From Candidatus Marinacidobacterales bacterium (GTDB taxonomy: Bacteria; Acidobacteriota; Vicinamibacteria; Marinacidobacterales; SMYC01), in assembly GCA_965250115.1 (NCBI GenBank), contig CBDFNJ010000001.1, positions 1,450,175 to 1,514,174 of the forward strand: a stretch of 64,000 nt of DNA. Reading direction: 5' to 3'. A program made the position numbers and the translations under genes. Positions 19,137 through 28,859 of the stretch are shown in pieces (within the stretch, counting starts at the first letter, position 1; each line of letters opens with the position of its first letter). The notes below the pieces were generated by a model. The model did not search any database, was not told the origin of the DNA, and was given only the letters and a program-made list of their open reading frames with translations.

Positions 19137-20842
19137 TGTGCCAACATCCTTGAGACAATCCGCTCCTTGAAATTAGTGTCGAGGGCGGAGGAGGATCATA
19201 GATGAGTACGTTGATTGAGAGAATGACGTCGGCGAGGTCGGAAGGAGCCCGTAGGGCGACTGGAGATCTCGCCGACCGTGGTGCTGCGGCGGGGGTCTGC
19301 GATCTCGAAGTGAGTGAGAAAGCGAAGCGCCGACGTTTCAGCGCTGAATACAAGCTGCGGATCGTTCGCGAGGCGGACGCCTGCAAGGGTGACGGTGATG
19401 TGGCGGCGCTTCTACGTCGCGAGGGACTGTACTCGTCGCATCTATCGAGTTGGCGTCGGCAACGGGACGAGATCGCCAAGGCGGGATTGACGTCGAGAAA
19501 GCGAGGTCGGAAGGCGAAGGCAGAGGCTCCACGGATCAAGGAGCTCGAGCGCGAGAACGCCCGACTCCAGCGCCGGCTGGCTCGGGTGGAAACGATGCTA
19601 GAGATCCAAAAAAAAGCCTCCGAGCTCCTGGGGATCCCCCTGAACCCGATCGACGACGACGAGAACGATTGATCGTGGCGGCCGAGGAGCTGGCGGGTCG
19701 GATTGGACAAACGGCGGAAGCTTGCGAGGCGCTGGGCGTGTCTCGTTCCACGTTGTATCGTCGACGCCGACCGGTGACGTCCAAGCCGAAGCGCCGTCCT
19801 CGGCCGCAGCGAGCCCTCGACACGACCGAGCGCGAGAGAGTCCTCAGTGCATTGCATTGCGAACGGTTCGTCGACAAGGCGCCGGCCCAGGTGTGGGCCA
19901 CGCTTCTGGACGAGGGAATCTACCACTGTTCGATCCGCACGATGTACCGGATTCTGTCGGAGCACGGAGAGGTGCGTGAGCGCCGGAACCAGCTGCGGCA
20001 TCCGAACTATCAGAAGCCGGAGCTCGTGGCGGAAGCGCCGAACCAGGTTTGGTCGTGGGACATAACGAAGCTGCGCGGCCCGGTCAAGTGGACCTACTTC
20101 TACCTCTACGTGATTCTCGACATCTTCTCCCGGTACGTGACCGGGTGGATGTTGGCTCGGCGAGAAAGCGCCGAGCTCGCCCGTCGTCTCATCAGCGAGA
20201 GCTGCCTCAAGCAGAACATCGAAGCCGACCAGCTCACCATCCACGCAGACCGCGGCAGCTCGATGCGAAGCAAGTCCGTCGCCTTGCTCCTGGCCGACCT
20301 CGGCATAACCAAGACGCACTCGCGGCCGTACGTCTCGAACGATAATCCCTACTCCGAGTCCCAGTTCAAGACGATGAAGTATTGCCCTGAATTCCCAAGC
20401 CGCTTTGGCTGTCTGGAAGACGGCCGCCTGTTCTGCGGCGGTTTCTTCGACTACTACAACAACGCGCACCGGCACTCGGGACTGGGGCTCATGACGCCGG
20501 CCGCCGTTCACTACGGTCGCGCCGACGAGCTCAACGCCGCCCGGCGCCAGGTCCTTCTCGAAGCTCATCGGGCTCACCCCGAGCGCTTCGTGCACGGAAC
20601 ACCTCAACCTCCGGTTTTGCCTCGTCAGGTCTGGATCAACCCGCCGCCCGAGAAAACGACGCCACAGGAGGCCCTAGGAGCCACTTTCTCGGGGCGCCCC
20701 GTACCTGAGCTACCCCCGGATTCAAGCTATCCGGACGCGATCGCGTCGGAACCCAATCGCGACCGCACCGCGCTCACGCCCCGTCCTTCACTGATCGAGG
20801 CTCACTAAATGCAGCCTGCGGGTGTCTCAAAGTTGCTGACAC
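19137..20842 (+). mobile_element. IS3-family insertion sequence (~1.7 kb)
   Basis: Imperfect terminal inverted repeats: TGTGCCAACATCCTTGAGACAATCCGC (19137-) against the reverse complement of 20815-20842 (TGTCAGCAACTTTGAGACACCCGCAGGC). orfA and orfB are joined by an A8G slippery run. No clean target-site duplication is seen. Confidence 0.75.
19202..20808 (+). CDS. IS3-family transposase OrfAB (orfA 19202-19672; orfB reached by programmed -1 frameshift at A_AAA_AAG 19608-19616; DDE/rve integrase core)
   Basis: OrfA has the HTH and leucine zipper (LERENARLQRRLARVETMLEIQKK). OrfB has the rve domain (WSWDITKL...ILDIFSRYVTGW...HADRGSSM...YNNAHRHSGLG). Confidence 0.8.
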
Positions 20843-20977
20843 GTTCCGAACCCGCCGTCAAGACCGAGACCGCTCTCGGCTACCTCGAGGAAGAGGCCAA
20901 GCTCGGCCAGCTCGACCTGGAACTGCTGGATCTTTTTATCGAGGCGAAGGTCTACGAGGAGGGCCTGACGAACTAGC
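20843..20977 (+). pseudogene. displaced 3' end of the same HD-GYP gene
   Basis: Immediately after the IS right end, the reading frame gives RSEPAVKTETALGYLEEEAKLGQLDLELLDLFIEAKVYEEGLTN*. This is the typical HD-GYP C-terminal tail, so the IS inserted precisely inside the gene. Confidence 0.55.
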
Positions 20978-21093
20978 GGAGGGCCTCGGCCGATGAGGTA
21001 GGCCAATATTCCATTCACGCCCTCGATTGGACCACCAGGTGGGATTTCATGGCTCCAATTGACGTCTGCCTCACATCCTGATAGAACATTGGC

Positions 21094-22593
21094 ATGGGCC
21101 AATGGGATCTGGAACTGGATCGCTCCTCCACTGTCGCGCTCTACCGACAGCTTCGTGACCGCATCGTCGAGTTGATCGAGGACGGCGTTGTGTCAGCGGG
21201 CGAGAAGCTTCCAGCGAGTCGTGAGTTAGCGACGGAGCTCGGACTGAACCGAAACACCGTCACGAGTGCCTACGACGAGCTCGTCGAGAGCGGATTCGTT
21301 CGCTCCCACGTAGGTCAAGGCACCTTCGTTCTCGAAAGGCCTCCACCGCCGACCCCGATTTCGTGGAGTTTCTCCAGGGCAGGGCAAGCTTCGGGTGAGC
21401 GGGTTCGAGCGGCGGCGGCGCCTTCGTCCCATCCCGACCCGATCGACTTCGCATCACTCGTTCCCGACGAGGAGCTTTTCCCCGTCGAGCCTTTCCGAGA
21501 AGCCCTCGACGAAGTGCTCGCGCGCGACGGCAAAAAACTGCTGCAATACGGGCCGGCGGCAGGTCATCCGCCACTCCGGGACTATATCGCCAAGCGGCTC
21601 GAATCTCGTGGGGTCCGTGCGTCCGCCGAGAACGTCTTGATCGTCAACGGGTCTCAGCAAGGGCTCGATCTGGTTTGTCGGAGTCTGCTCGATCCGGGGG
21701 ACCGGGTCGCGCTCGAGAGCCCGACCTATACCATCATCCTGCCACTGCTCGCGCAGTACCAGGCTCGCATCGACGAGATCCCCATGACCGAACAAGGCAT
21801 GGACCTGGACGCCCTGTCGCGGCTGTTCGAGGCAACGAGGCCGAGGTTGGTGTTCACGATGCCCACATTCCACAACCCAACCGGCATCACCATGGGCGAA
21901 GCGGCTCGCCGGCGGCTGCTCGATATGAGTGCAAGGGTCGGCGTTCCGATCGTCGAGGACGATTTCGACTCCGAGCTCCGTTTCGCTGGGGAGAGCGTGC
22001 CCCCGTTGAAAGCTCTCGATGAGCACGACGGGGTGCTCCACATTGGCACCTTTTCCAAGGGGCTCTTTCCGGGACTGCGCATCGGCTGGATTGTCGCTCC
22101 AAAGCGAGTGGTGGAGGCGATGGGACGTTCGAAGCTCATTGCCGACTACCACTCGAGCCTTCTGCTCCAAGAAGCGGTGCTGCGTTTCTGCCGGCTCGGA
22201 CTCTACGACGAACATCTCGAGCAGCTCGCGAACATCTACGGCCGCAAGAGTCGGGTGCTCACCGCGGCGCTATCCCGGCACTTTCCCGACAGCATGAGCT
22301 GGACCGAGCCCCAGGGTGGTTACGCTTTCTGGATTACCCTGCCGAAGGGACTCTCCGCGGAAGCTCTGTTGTCCGAGAGCTCGCAAGAAGGTGTCGTCTT
22401 CACCCCGGGATCCCACTTTTTCGCACAGACGGAGGGAAAGCGTTTCTTCCGGCTGTCGATCTCGCGGGTTCCCGAGGAGCGCATCGAAGCTGGAATTCGA
22501 AAGCTTGGCGATATCATCGGCCGCCAGTTGACCAAGTCGACGGGCGAGGAGACTCATCGGGCTCGGGGGCAAGAGCCCGCTTTGCACATCTGA
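21094..22593 (+). CDS. pdxR: MocR/PdxR-family transcriptional regulator (GntR HTH + PLP aminotransferase-like domain)
   Basis: An N-terminal GntR winged helix (LPASRELATELGLNRNTVTSAYDEL) plus a fold-type I domain with the SKGLFPGLRIGW motif. It sits directly upstream of pdxST. Confidence 0.7.
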   Translation: MGQWDLELDRSSTVALYRQLRDRIVELIEDGVVSAGEKLPASRELATELGLNRNTVTSAYDELVESGFVRSHVGQGTFVLERPPPPTPISWSFSRAGQASGERVRAAAAPSSHPDPIDFASLVPDEELFPVEPFREALDEVLARDGKKLLQYGPAAGHPPLRDYIAKRLESRGVRASAENVLIVNGSQQGLDLVCRSLLDPGDRVALESPTYTIILPLLAQYQARIDEIPMTEQGMDLDALSRLFEATRPRLVFTMPTFHNPTGITMGEAARRRLLDMSARVGVPIVEDDFDSELRFAGESVPPLKALDEHDGVLHIGTFSKGLFPGLRIGWIVAPKRVVEAMGRSKLIADYHSSLLLQEAVLRFCRLGLYDEHLEQLANIYGRKSRVLTAALSRHFPDSMSWTEPQGGYAFWITLPKGLSAEALLSESSQEGVVFTPGSHFFAQTEGKRFFRLSISRVPEERIEAGIRKLGDIIGRQLTKSTGEETHRARGQEPALHI

Positions 22594-22629
22594 GGAAAAG
22601 GATCCGCCACATCAAATTGGGAGGCTACT

Positions 22630-23511
22630 ATGACCGAGACTACACTCAAGCTGAAAACCGGGCTCGCCGACATGCTCAAGGGCGGTGCCATCATGGACGT
22701 CACGAACGCCGAGCAGGCGAAAATCGCGGAGGACGCCGGGGCGGTCTCCGTCATGGCTCTCGAGCGTGTTCCAGCGGACATCCGAAGGGACGGCGGCATC
22801 GCGCGGATGTCTTCCGTGGACAAGATTCAGGAGATCATGGATTCGGTGAGTATTCCCGTCATGGCGAAGGTGCGCATCGGGCACTTCGTGGAAGCCCAGC
22901 TCCTTCAAGAGATGGGAGTCGACTTCATCGACGAGAGCGAGGTCTTGACTCCGGCCGACGAGCAGAACCACGTCGACAAACATGCTTTCGGAGTCCCCTT
23001 CGTCTGCGGCTGCCGGGACCTCGGCGAAGCACTCAGGAGAATCGGTGAGGGAGCGGCGCTGATCCGCACCAAGGGAGAAGCCGGATCGGGCAATATCGTC
23101 GAAGCAGTGAGGCATCTTCGGCAGATCAACGGTGACATGCGCCGCCTGACCGTGATGGCCCAGGACGAGCTCATGGCCGAGTCCAAACGCCTCGGCGCAC
23201 CCTACGAGCTCGTTCGTCTCGTCGCCAAGGAGGGGAGGCTCCCCGTACCGAATTTCGCGGCCGGCGGCGTCTCCACGCCGGCAGATGCAGCCCTGTGCAT
23301 GCAGCTCGGAGCGGAGACCGTTTTCGTCGGCTCCGGAGTCTTCAAGTCGCAGGATCCCGCCCTGCGTGCGAAGGCGATTGTCAAAGCCGTCACTCACTAT
23401 CAGGACCCCAAAGTACTCGTGGAGGTTTCTCGTGGCCTCGGCGAGCCGATGCCGGGAATCGATGTCGCCGGCCTAGACGAGAAAGAGATGCTCTCGACCC
23501 GAGGGTGGTAG
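22630..23511 (+). CDS. pdxS: pyridoxal 5'-phosphate synthase lyase subunit PdxS
   Basis: Highly conserved PdxS sequence ([44 protein letters not shown]...). 293 aa. Confidence 0.9.
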   Translation: MTETTLKLKTGLADMLKGGAIMDVTNAEQAKIAEDAGAVSVMALERVPADIRRDGGIARMSSVDKIQEIMDSVSIPVMAKVRIGHFVEAQLLQEMGVDFIDESEVLTPADEQNHVDKHAFGVPFVCGCRDLGEALRRIGEGAALIRTKGEAGSGNIVEAVRHLRQINGDMRRLTVMAQDELMAESKRLGAPYELVRLVAKEGRLPVPNFAAGGVSTPADAALCMQLGAETVFVGSGVFKSQDPALRAKAIVKAVTHYQDPKVLVEVSRGLGEPMPGIDVAGLDEKEMLSTRGW

Positions 23512-24146
23512 TGACGAATTCCACTCGGCGCGATGCCCTCGGCGTCCTCGCGCTCCAGGGCGACTACGTCGAGCATCAGCGCATGCTCGAGAGGCTTGGC
23601 TGCCCTTCAAGGTCGGTCCGCAAGGCAAGCGAGTTAGATGAGATCGATGCTCTCATCCTCCCGGGAGGAGAGAGCACCACCATGATCAAATTCATCCTGG
23701 AGGAGGACCTCTTGGAGCCGCTCAAACGACTCTTCGATCGCGGCGCAGCCTTCTACGGAACCTGTGCGGGCGCGATCCTCCTCGCCAAGGATGTCACATC
23801 ACCATCACAGCCGTCGCTAGGTCTCCTCGATATCGCCGTCGAGCGCAACGGATACGGTCGGCAGGTCGACAGCCACGAGAGTAGCGAGCCGTGCTCGGAG
23901 CTCGGCAAGGCTCCACTCCCCATGGTCTTCATCCGCGCTCCAGTCATTACCCGAACGGGACCCTCCGTTCGGGTTCTCGCCGAGCATCGAACGAAGCCCG
24001 TGCTCGTCAGAGAGGAACGCGTTCTCGTTAGCACGTTTCATCCGGAGCTCTCGGAAGACACGAGAGTCCACGAATACTTCCTGGACCGCGTCGCGCGGCG
24101 AGAGGCGGATCCGATTGCTTGGTCGCGACGTCTGCAAAAACTGTAG
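23511..24146 (+). CDS. pdxT: pyridoxal 5'-phosphate synthase glutaminase subunit PdxT
   Basis: It has the GVLALQGD, ILPGGESTT and GTCAGAILLAK (catalytic Cys) motifs. GTG 23511 overlaps the pdxS stop. Confidence 0.85.
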   Translation: MTNSTRRDALGVLALQGDYVEHQRMLERLGCPSRSVRKASELDEIDALILPGGESTTMIKFILEEDLLEPLKRLFDRGAAFYGTCAGAILLAKDVTSPSQPSLGLLDIAVERNGYGRQVDSHESSEPCSELGKAPLPMVFIRAPVITRTGPSVRVLAEHRTKPVLVREERVLVSTFHPELSEDTRVHEYFLDRVARREADPIAWSRRLQKL

Positions 24147-24624
24147 TGCTCGTGTAAACTTTTTGAATCGCGCGGAACCCGCGCGATTCGCGGATCTGTT
24201 GCAGATAATAACGGTTGCTGCCACTCCACTATCTGGCATTAAACTTGCGAAACCGCTAGCGAACACCGTTCCATATTGGGCAATGTCTTCGCAGGTCTGG
24301 CTGGGCAGAAGCTTGGATTCAGGAGGAGTCGATTCTGATCGTGGGAGCCCCTCCTGCGGCGGACGAGGCAGCGGCGACTCTGACGGCCGAGTCCTGGCAC
24401 CTCACGCTGTGAGTCACAACGACTGGGTCGGTTGCACCCCCGCCTCCATCGGCACGGCCGCAATCCAGGCTCGACCTTCCTCCCGATTGACCTCTAAAGC
24501 CTGCCTGCGGGAGAGTTGCCGCGGTTGCTCCGAGAGGTCAGGGACGCCGCGGATGGCGGCCGGGGAGCCTAGGTTCACAGCGCGCGCCCCGCGCCTAGTG
24601 CCACCCCGGCGGCCCCTCACCCGG

Positions 24625-24652
24625 ACGGGCCTTTACCGCCCGTATTTTTTTC
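24625..24652 (+). terminator. candidate Rho-independent terminator (stem ACGGGC/GCCCGT, 7-nt loop, T8 tail)
   Basis: ACGGGCctttaccGCCCGTaTTTTTTTT lies at the end of a ~500-bp region with no credible ORF, 480 bp downstream of pdxT. Confidence 0.5.
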
Positions 24653-24825
24653 CATATCATTGACAAGCTGGAGTTGTAACGATTAGACTTGCGCTCCAGT
24701 AGAGGATCCTGCCCCGTTGGCTCAGGTTTGAAAAACAAGCTTCTCGACAGACTTATTGACGAATGCTGCGCGACCGTTGGCGAGGAGCCCGTTCGAAATA
24801 TCCATACCGCGCAGGAGGTGAGTAC

Positions 24826-25392
24826 GTGAAAAGATCTTGGTTGGCCTCCCTCGGATTGCTGATCTTTAGTGTCACGTTGATTTCAGGGTTGGCCGGATGC
24901 GGAAAGGGACCACCACCGCCGCCGCCGCCACCAGTGGAAGAGCCGCCACCGCCACCGCCACCGCCACCGCCACCGCCGCCGCCACCGCCGCCGCCACCGC
25001 CGCCGCCGACGCCCGCCGAGCTGTTTGGCACGGCCAGCGTCAGCGAGCTGCAGCGGAGTCTCAACGACGTGCACTTCGACTACGACAAGTCCGATTTGCG
25101 CGACGATGCCAGGGCGGCTCTGGCAAAGAACGCAGACTGGCTCAAGCTCAGCTACAACACCGCGGTCATCCAGGTGGAAGGCCATTGTGACGAGCGTGGG
25201 ACCATTCAGTACAACCTGGCCCTCGGAGAACGACGGGCCCGGGCAGCCATGGAGTACCTGCAGTCCCTGGATGTGCCAGCCAACCGGCTCAAGATGGTGA
25301 GCTACGGCAAGGAGCAGCCGCAGTGTACCGAAGGCACCGAGAGCTGCTGGCAGCGCAACCGGCGAGCGCACTTCAAGATCGACGCGAAGTAG
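24826..25392 (+). CDS. pal: peptidoglycan-associated lipoprotein Pal (OmpA-family) with a 33-residue polyproline linker
   Basis: A lipobox LAGC follows the signal peptide, and there is an OmpA-like C-domain (NLALGERRARAAMEYL...RRAHFKI). RBS AGGAGGTG 24813-24820, GTG start. Confidence 0.8.
   Translation: MKRSWLASLGLLIFSVTLISGLAGCGKGPPPPPPPPVEEPPPPPPPPPPPPPPPPPPPPPPTPAELFGTASVSELQRSLNDVHFDYDKSDLRDDARAALAKNADWLKLSYNTAVIQVEGHCDERGTIQYNLALGERRARAAMEYLQSLDVPANRLKMVSYGKEQPQCTEGTESCWQRNRRAHFKIDAK
24907..25010 (+). repeat. CCGCCNCCG simple tandem repeat encoding poly-Pro
   Basis: A visible run of ccgccgccaccg units inside pal. Confidence 0.8.
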
Positions 25393-25413
25393 ACGATCGA
25401 GCGAGAACGACAG

Positions 25414-25446
25414 AAGCCCCGGGTCATCCCGGGGCTTCTTTTTTTG
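25414..25446 (+). terminator. Rho-independent terminator after pal
   Basis: GAAGCCCCGGGtcatCCCGGGGCTTC followed by TTTTTTT: an 11-bp perfect stem and a T7 tail. Confidence 0.7.
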
Positions 25447-25460
25447 TCATCGAGGTCTAA

Positions 25461-25727
25461 CTAAGTACTCTCGAGAAGAAGCCGGCGGCGAAGATCCTTT
25501 GCCGTCGCCCGGTGCTTGAAGGCCTTGCTCCCGTTTACGAATAGGACCGGGATATCGTTCTCGAAACGCGACGAAAGCTCGTCGTCGACGGAGATATCCA
25601 CCACGGTGAGCAGGACGCCGAGCCCCTGAGTCGCCTTCTGAAGCGATTCCTTCATCTCGTCACAGAGGTGACAGCCAGGTCGCGACAGGAGTTGGACCTC
25701 GATTCTGGCCCGCGGCGGCTCGATCAT
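25461..25727 (-). CDS. glutaredoxin-like small thioredoxin-fold protein (CxxC = CHLC)
   Basis: An 88-aa ORF with SRPGCHLCDE and VLFVNG, typical of DUF836/glutaredoxin-2-like proteins. Confidence 0.55.
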   Translation of the reverse strand: MIEPPRARIEVQLLSRPGCHLCDEMKESLQKATQGLGVLLTVVDISVDDELSSRFENDIPVLFVNGSKAFKHRATAKDLRRRLLLEST

Positions 25728-26419
25728 GCGCTCGCGATCTCGTCGACAATGCGGCGGGCCGCGTCTTTCGGATCCACGTCCCTGGTGATGGCTCGGCCGA
25801 CAACGACGTAGCGGGCGCCGCGCCGCGCCGCCTCTCCCGGCGTCGCGACCCGTTTCTGATCGTGTGCGGCCTGAGCCCAGACGGGCCTGACGCCCGGTAC
25901 GAGAATCTGGAGTCGGTCCTCCGTAGCCTCCCGAATCGCTTCGACTTCAAAAGCCGAAGCGACCACGCCGTCGAGACCGCTCTCGTCGGCCATTCGGGCC
26001 AGCCGCACGACCTGGGCGAGACTCCCATCTAGAAAACCCAGCTCCCGCAGATCGTCATCGCCGAGATGCGTCAGAACCGTGACGCCGAAGATCAGTGGAG
26101 TTCTCGCCCTACGGGCGGCGACGGCGGCCGCCATCATCGCCCTCCCGCCCGACGCATGGACATCGAGGATATGGACGCCGTGCGCCGCGGAAGAAGCGAC
26201 GCCGCCGGCCACGGTTGCCGGGATGTCGTGAAACTTCAAGTCGAGAAAAATTCGGCTACCCGCGAGGGCGCCGAGAATCGCTGGTCCCTCCGCCGTGAAG
26301 AGCTCCTTGCCCACTTTAAAGAAGTCGACGACCGGCGCGAGAGCGTCGCGCAAACGGAGGGCCTCGTCACGGGTCGAGACGTCGAGAGCAACGATGAGCT
26401 CGGAAGCCTTGCCTACCAC
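25724..26419 (-). CDS. pyrF: orotidine 5'-phosphate decarboxylase
   Basis: It has the LIVALDV, DFFKVGKELF and LDLKFHDIP motifs. The GTG start overlaps the pyrD stop. The long N-terminal extension of ORF 25724-27511 is the wrong frame and overlaps pyrD. Confidence 0.8.
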   Translation of the reverse strand: MVGKASELIVALDVSTRDEALRLRDALAPVVDFFKVGKELFTAEGPAILGALAGSRIFLDLKFHDIPATVAGGVASSAAHGVHILDVHASGGRAMMAAAVAARRARTPLIFGVTVLTHLGDDDLRELGFLDGSLAQVVRLARMADESGLDGVVASAFEVEAIREATEDRLQILVPGVRPVWAQAAHDQKRVATPGEAARRGARYVVVGRAITRDVDPKDAARRIVDEIASA

Positions 26420-27372
26420 CCGGGTGGAACCGCCGTTACATCCACGATGATGCCGCCGGTGAGCTCGCGGAGGGCATGCACCCGATGGCGGCGGCAGTAG
26501 TCCGAGAGCCCATCGAGGGTGCGCCGCCAGACCCCTGGATCCACGAAGCCCATCGTGCCGATCTGGACGGCGGAGGCGCCGGCGAGCACGAACTCGAGCA
26601 CATCTTCGTACGACGATATGCCGCCGATCCCGATAATCGGGATCGAGAGCGCTTGCGAGGCTTGATAGACGAGGCGCACGGCGATGGGACGAATCGCAGG
26701 TCCGGAGAGTCCTCCGACAACGTTGGCTAGACGAGGTTTTCTGGTCTCGACGTCGATCGCCATGGCGGGCATTGTGTTGATCAGAGAGACTGCGTCCGCA
26801 CCCGCGGATTCGACCTTTCGAGCGACGGCCGCGATGTCGGTCACATTCGGGCTCAGCTTGGGAATGACAGGAAGACGGGTCGCTTTGCGCACCGCCTCGG
26901 TTACGTAGGCGGCCATGTCGGGATCGCAGCCGAATAGGATGCCACCCTCGTGCACGTTGGGGCAGGAGATGTTCATCTCGATCCCGGAAATACCCTCCAC
27001 GGTATCGAGCAAGCGCGCGAGCTCCGCGTATTCTTCGACGCTGCTGCCGCATATGTTGACGAGGATGGACGTTTGAAGCTCGCGCAGTCGCGGGAGTTTC
27101 TCGTCGAGAAACCGCTCTATACCGACCTCTTGCAGACCGATGGCGTTGAGCATGCCGGAGGGCGTTTCCCAGATTCGCGGCGGCCGACAGCCGTCGCGCG
27201 GCTCGAGATAGAGCCCCTTGACCGCAATCGCCCCGATCGCCTCGTAGTCGGCAAGCTCGAGATACTCGGTGCCGTATCCGAAAGTGCCGCTCGCTGCGAT
27301 GAGCGGAGCCTTCAAATGGATCCCGGCGATCTCGACACTCAAGTCGGGATGATCCTGGCTCGCACGGCTCGT
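26413..27372 (-). CDS. pyrD: dihydroorotate dehydrogenase catalytic subunit (class 1B PyrD)
   Basis: It has the LIAASGTFGYG, NISCPN, IIGIGGI and FVLAGASAVQIGT motifs. The start MTSRAS at 27372 overlaps the pyrK stop. Confidence 0.85.
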   Translation of the reverse strand, partial: TSRASQDHPDLSVEIAGIHLKAPLIAASGTFGYGTEYLELADYEAIGAIAVKGLYLEPRDGCRPPRIWETPSGMLNAIGLQEVGIERFLDEKLPRLRELQTSILVNICGSSVEEYAELARLLDTVEGISGIEMNISCPNVHEGGILFGCDPDMAAYVTEAVRKATRLPVIPKLSPNVTDIAAVARKVESAGADAVSLINTMPAMAIDVETRKPRLANVVGGLSGPAIRPIAVRLVYQASQALSIPIIGIGGISSYEDVLEFVLAGASAVQIGTMGFVDPGVWRRTLDGLSDYCRRHRVHALRELTGGIIVDVTAVPPGW

Positions 27373-28178
27373 CATAGAGGGTAAGGATCGTGCTCCCAGC
27401 AAACGGCGTCCGCCTCGAAGACGGGTCCCTCCGAGCAAGATCGCAGGTATTCGGAAACCCCGTCTCCGGTGCGCATATAGACGACGCAACCGAGACAGCA
27501 TCCCATCCCACAGCCCATCCTTCGCTCGAGAGAGACCTGGTGCGGAACCGAGAGCGGTCGAGCGATCTCGGCGACTCTTCGAAGCATCGGCGAAGGGCCG
27601 CAGGAATACAGCATGGGCGGCCGAGCGTCGCCGAGTGCCTCCTGCAAGAGATCGGTCACCAAACCCTTTCGCCCATAGCTACCATCTTCCGTCGCGCATC
27701 GGACATCCATGTCGAGCGCTTTGAAGACCTCCAGAAGATAGAGGTCACATCGACTCCTGCCGCCGAGTAGAACGACCCCACGGCGCCCGTAGCGATGGAG
27801 CGCTCTCGAAAAAGCGACGAAGGGCGCGATACCGACTCCCCCCGCGACGATGACCGGCGTGCGCTCGGGCGGCGGTAGAGTGAAGGCAGAGCCCAGGGGG
27901 CCGAGGCACGAAACATTGGTTCCCAGGGGCAGTCGGGCTAGCGCACGAGTCCCACGTCCCGCCTCCTTGACGAGTAGACTGAACCGACCTTCGCCGTCGG
28001 CGTCACAGAAGGAATACGGCCTTCGCAATAAGACGTCGGACACCTCGGGGAGACGTACCATCGTGAACTGGCCTGGCTCGAAGCTCTCGAAGAGGCTCTC
28101 CGAACGGAAGTGGAGCAAGTGCGCGTCGGAAGAGAGAGCTTGCTTTTCTACCAATTCGGCACTCTCGTCCCTTCTCAC
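27372..28178 (-). CDS. pyrK: dihydroorotate dehydrogenase electron-transfer subunit PyrK (FAD/NAD + 2Fe-2S)
   Basis: It has RPYS (FAD), GGVGIAP, and the C-terminal Cys cluster CGMGCCLGC. Confidence 0.8.
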   Translation of the reverse strand: MRRDESAELVEKQALSSDAHLLHFRSESLFESFEPGQFTMVRLPEVSDVLLRRPYSFCDADGEGRFSLLVKEAGRGTRALARLPLGTNVSCLGPLGSAFTLPPPERTPVIVAGGVGIAPFVAFSRALHRYGRRGVVLLGGRSRCDLYLLEVFKALDMDVRCATEDGSYGRKGLVTDLLQEALGDARPPMLYSCGPSPMLRRVAEIARPLSVPHQVSLERRMGCGMGCCLGCVVYMRTGDGVSEYLRSCSEGPVFEADAVCWEHDPYPL

Positions 28179-28205
28179 GGGATGGAGTATACCGCGATTC
28201 GAAAA

Positions 28206-28856
28206 TTACGCCGTGTAGACGAGGTGGTGGATGCGGCCGATCTTTCCGCGTTGCGAGAGTCGGTAGAATCTCCTCAGCTCGGGCAGCAACCTCGCGAAGC
28301 GACCTCTCGATAGCGCGGCTTGCACAAAGTGGGAACAATATCGCGAGGCGAGCGAGCTGGCCACCTCGTAGCGCTCGCGTCGGCCGCCCTCGATGTCCGC
28401 GCGGACCTCGAAGTCGCCGAAGAGGCGGTCGAGGAGATCCTTGGGGACCCGGCCTCGGTTCCTCGACGCCAGAAGCAGCGTTGCCGTCACGAACTTGTCA
28501 ACTTCCGCCTGTAGCTCCAGCTCCAGTTCCGTTACGACGCGCTCCCTTGACGCACTGAAGAGAAGGTAGGCAAAGTGGCTGACCTCCTCGATGGCCGTGA
28601 CCAGGGTCTCGAAGCTCTCGGACGTCATTTGCACCGAAAGGTCGATCTCCCGCAGCCGGCCGAGCTTCTCATCGTCGATATAGACTCCGAGCTCGAGCTC
28701 CTCGCCCCGCTCGTTTTGACGAACGAGCACTTTGCTGTGCCTCGGGTCGGCGCCGAAGTGGGCACAGAGGTCTCCCGTGATCAAGAAATCGCGGATATCG
28801 ACCTCGAGCTCCAAACTATAGACCTGATCGATATGCCTGAGAATGGACTCGAGCAT
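28206..28856 (-). CDS. hypothetical protein (216 aa), no recognisable domain
   Basis: A clean ORF with good codon-position GC pattern. It is co-directional with and downstream of the PilB/GspE-like ATPase. Confidence 0.4.
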   Translation of the reverse strand: MLESILRHIDQVYSLELEVDIRDFLITGDLCAHFGADPRHSKVLVRQNERGEELELGVYIDDEKLGRLREIDLSVQMTSESFETLVTAIEEVSHFAYLLFSASRERVVTELELELQAEVDKFVTATLLLASRNRGRVPKDLLDRLFGDFEVRADIEGGRRERYEVASSLASRYCSHFVQAALSRGRFARLLPELRRFYRLSQRGKIGRIHHLVYTA

Positions 28857-28859
28857 GGT

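Noticed and set aside
19137-20842. 3-4 bp target-site duplication flanking the IS3 element
   Set aside because: The flanks (CTC on one side, CGT on the other) do not match for any boundary choice within +/-2 nt. Either there is no duplication or my boundary is slightly off, so no TSD is claimed.
24150-24660. Possible tmRNA (ssrA), one-piece or permuted, suggested by GGTTGCACCCCCGCCTCCA
   Set aside because: I could not identify a tag-peptide reading frame ending in a stop, a 5' GGGG...acceptor partner, or a T-arm that base-pairs. It is kept only as an unspecified ncRNA candidate.
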